64,000 nt of DNA, taken from NCBI GenBank assembly GCA_049612785.1, contig JBMZBW010000001.1:7-64006 (forward strand), read 5' to 3'. The stretch comes from Alphaproteobacteria bacterium (GTDB lineage Bacteria; Pseudomonadota; Alphaproteobacteria; UBA7985). A model generated the notes under the pieces. The model saw only the letters and a list, made by a program, of their open reading frames with translations. It did no database searches and had not been told where the DNA came from. The first letter of the stretch is position 1; each line of letters opens with the position of its first letter. Both the position numbers and the translations under genes were made by a program. Of the stretch, positions 63,565 to 64,000 are shown in pieces.

Positions 63565-64000
63565 TCAGAACTTTGCGACTGCGTTAACGAACAGGCCCTG
63601 TTTGTCGAACGAAACGTTCGTCAGGTTGTCGTCAAAGGCACCAAAGTTGTAACCACCGCCAATCTTGAGGTTGTCACCAACGTGGCGGTAGACCGCCGCG
63701 AGAGCTCCGTATCGAATGGCACTTTCGCCAGAGTTGCCGACGTTGCCTTGCCACATCACGCGGCCTTCGAGCAAAGCGTCCCAATTCTTGACAACGTGCC
63801 AGTCAACACGTCCCACCAACAGGTGGATGTTTGAGCCGAACCAGTCGGTGCAAGACCGACAGGAGGTCACTTCCCCGACTTTCACGCCGTATTTTGCGCC
63901 AATGTCGAAGTTTCTTGTGACCTGGAAGATTGCATCGGCTTCACCGATGAGCGAGCGCTGACGGTAGTTCGCGACACCGCTACCAGTCTCTTCAGCCGTT
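63565..64000 (-). CDS. outer membrane beta-barrel protein, C-terminal part only (gene runs off the window end)
   Basis: The minus-strand reading frame is open from 64000 down to the stop at 63565. It has alternating-hydrophobic beta-strand composition and a C-terminal Phe (NAVAKF). Confidence 0.45.
   Translation of the reverse strand, partial: TAEETGSGVANYRQRSLIGEADAIFQVTRNFDIGAKYGVKVGEVTSCRSCTDWFGSNIHLLVGRVDWHVVKNWDALLEGRVMWQGNVGNSGESAIRYGALAAVYRHVGDNLKIGGGYNFGAFDDNLTNVSFDKQGLFVNAVAKF

Overview
This 64-kb window looks like an ordinary core-genome segment of an alphaproteobacterium, at roughly 55-60% GC. About 60 protein genes and one tRNA were called, and most genes are housekeeping.

An alphaproteobacterial origin is supported by several markers:
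- a mitofilin/Mic60-like gene sitting between hemD and a HemY-like gene;
- a DUF1674 (SDHAF4-like) gene, plus DUF4167 and DUF2794 genes;
- Rhodobacter-type porins.

Gene order along the window:
- M23 peptidase;
- clpB, DUF4167, then prmC-prfA-hisS and a RodZ-like gene;
- HIT-hisE-hisF-hisA-GNAT-hisH-hisB, divergent from hslVU;
- DUF1643, proA-proB-obg-rplU;
- tRNA-Ser(CGA);
- a low-GC methyltransferase cassette and a MATE efflux pump;
- an unusually large porin-like outer membrane protein (porin 1);
- an 830-aa flavin-monooxygenase/medium-chain-reductase fusion oxidoreductase;
- a small exported protein followed by PCu(A)C-SCO1 copper chaperones;
- HemY-like, Mic60-like and hemD, with tsaD divergent from hemD;
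- DUF1674, rsmB, purH, secA;
- an AT-rich segment carrying a Cys-containing secreted micro-protein and a lipoprotein;
- a second, frameshifted paralog of the giant porin (porin 2);
- a lipoprotein, typA, a membrane protein, DUF2147, DUF2794;
- a YfgM-like gene, bamB, der;
- SDR, cvpA, radA, mlaF-mlaE, alr, polA, a methyltransferase, lysE;
- a truncated outer membrane protein gene running off the window end.

No CRISPR array, integrase, transposase or recognisable defence system was found.

The most unusual content is the pair of diverged, direct-oriented giant porin paralogs. Each is preceded by an AT-rich, foreign-looking stretch, and together they bracket the region at about 25.6-42.9 kb. 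Within that region the notable items are the 830-aa oxidoreductase fusion, a copper-chaperone mini-cluster with orphan exported proteins, a 25-bp x4 tandem repeat, and divergent genes that share a CATG at their start codons. I found no complete novel multi-gene system that I can defend from sequence alone. Predicted-protein calls rest on motif and pattern recognition without database searches.
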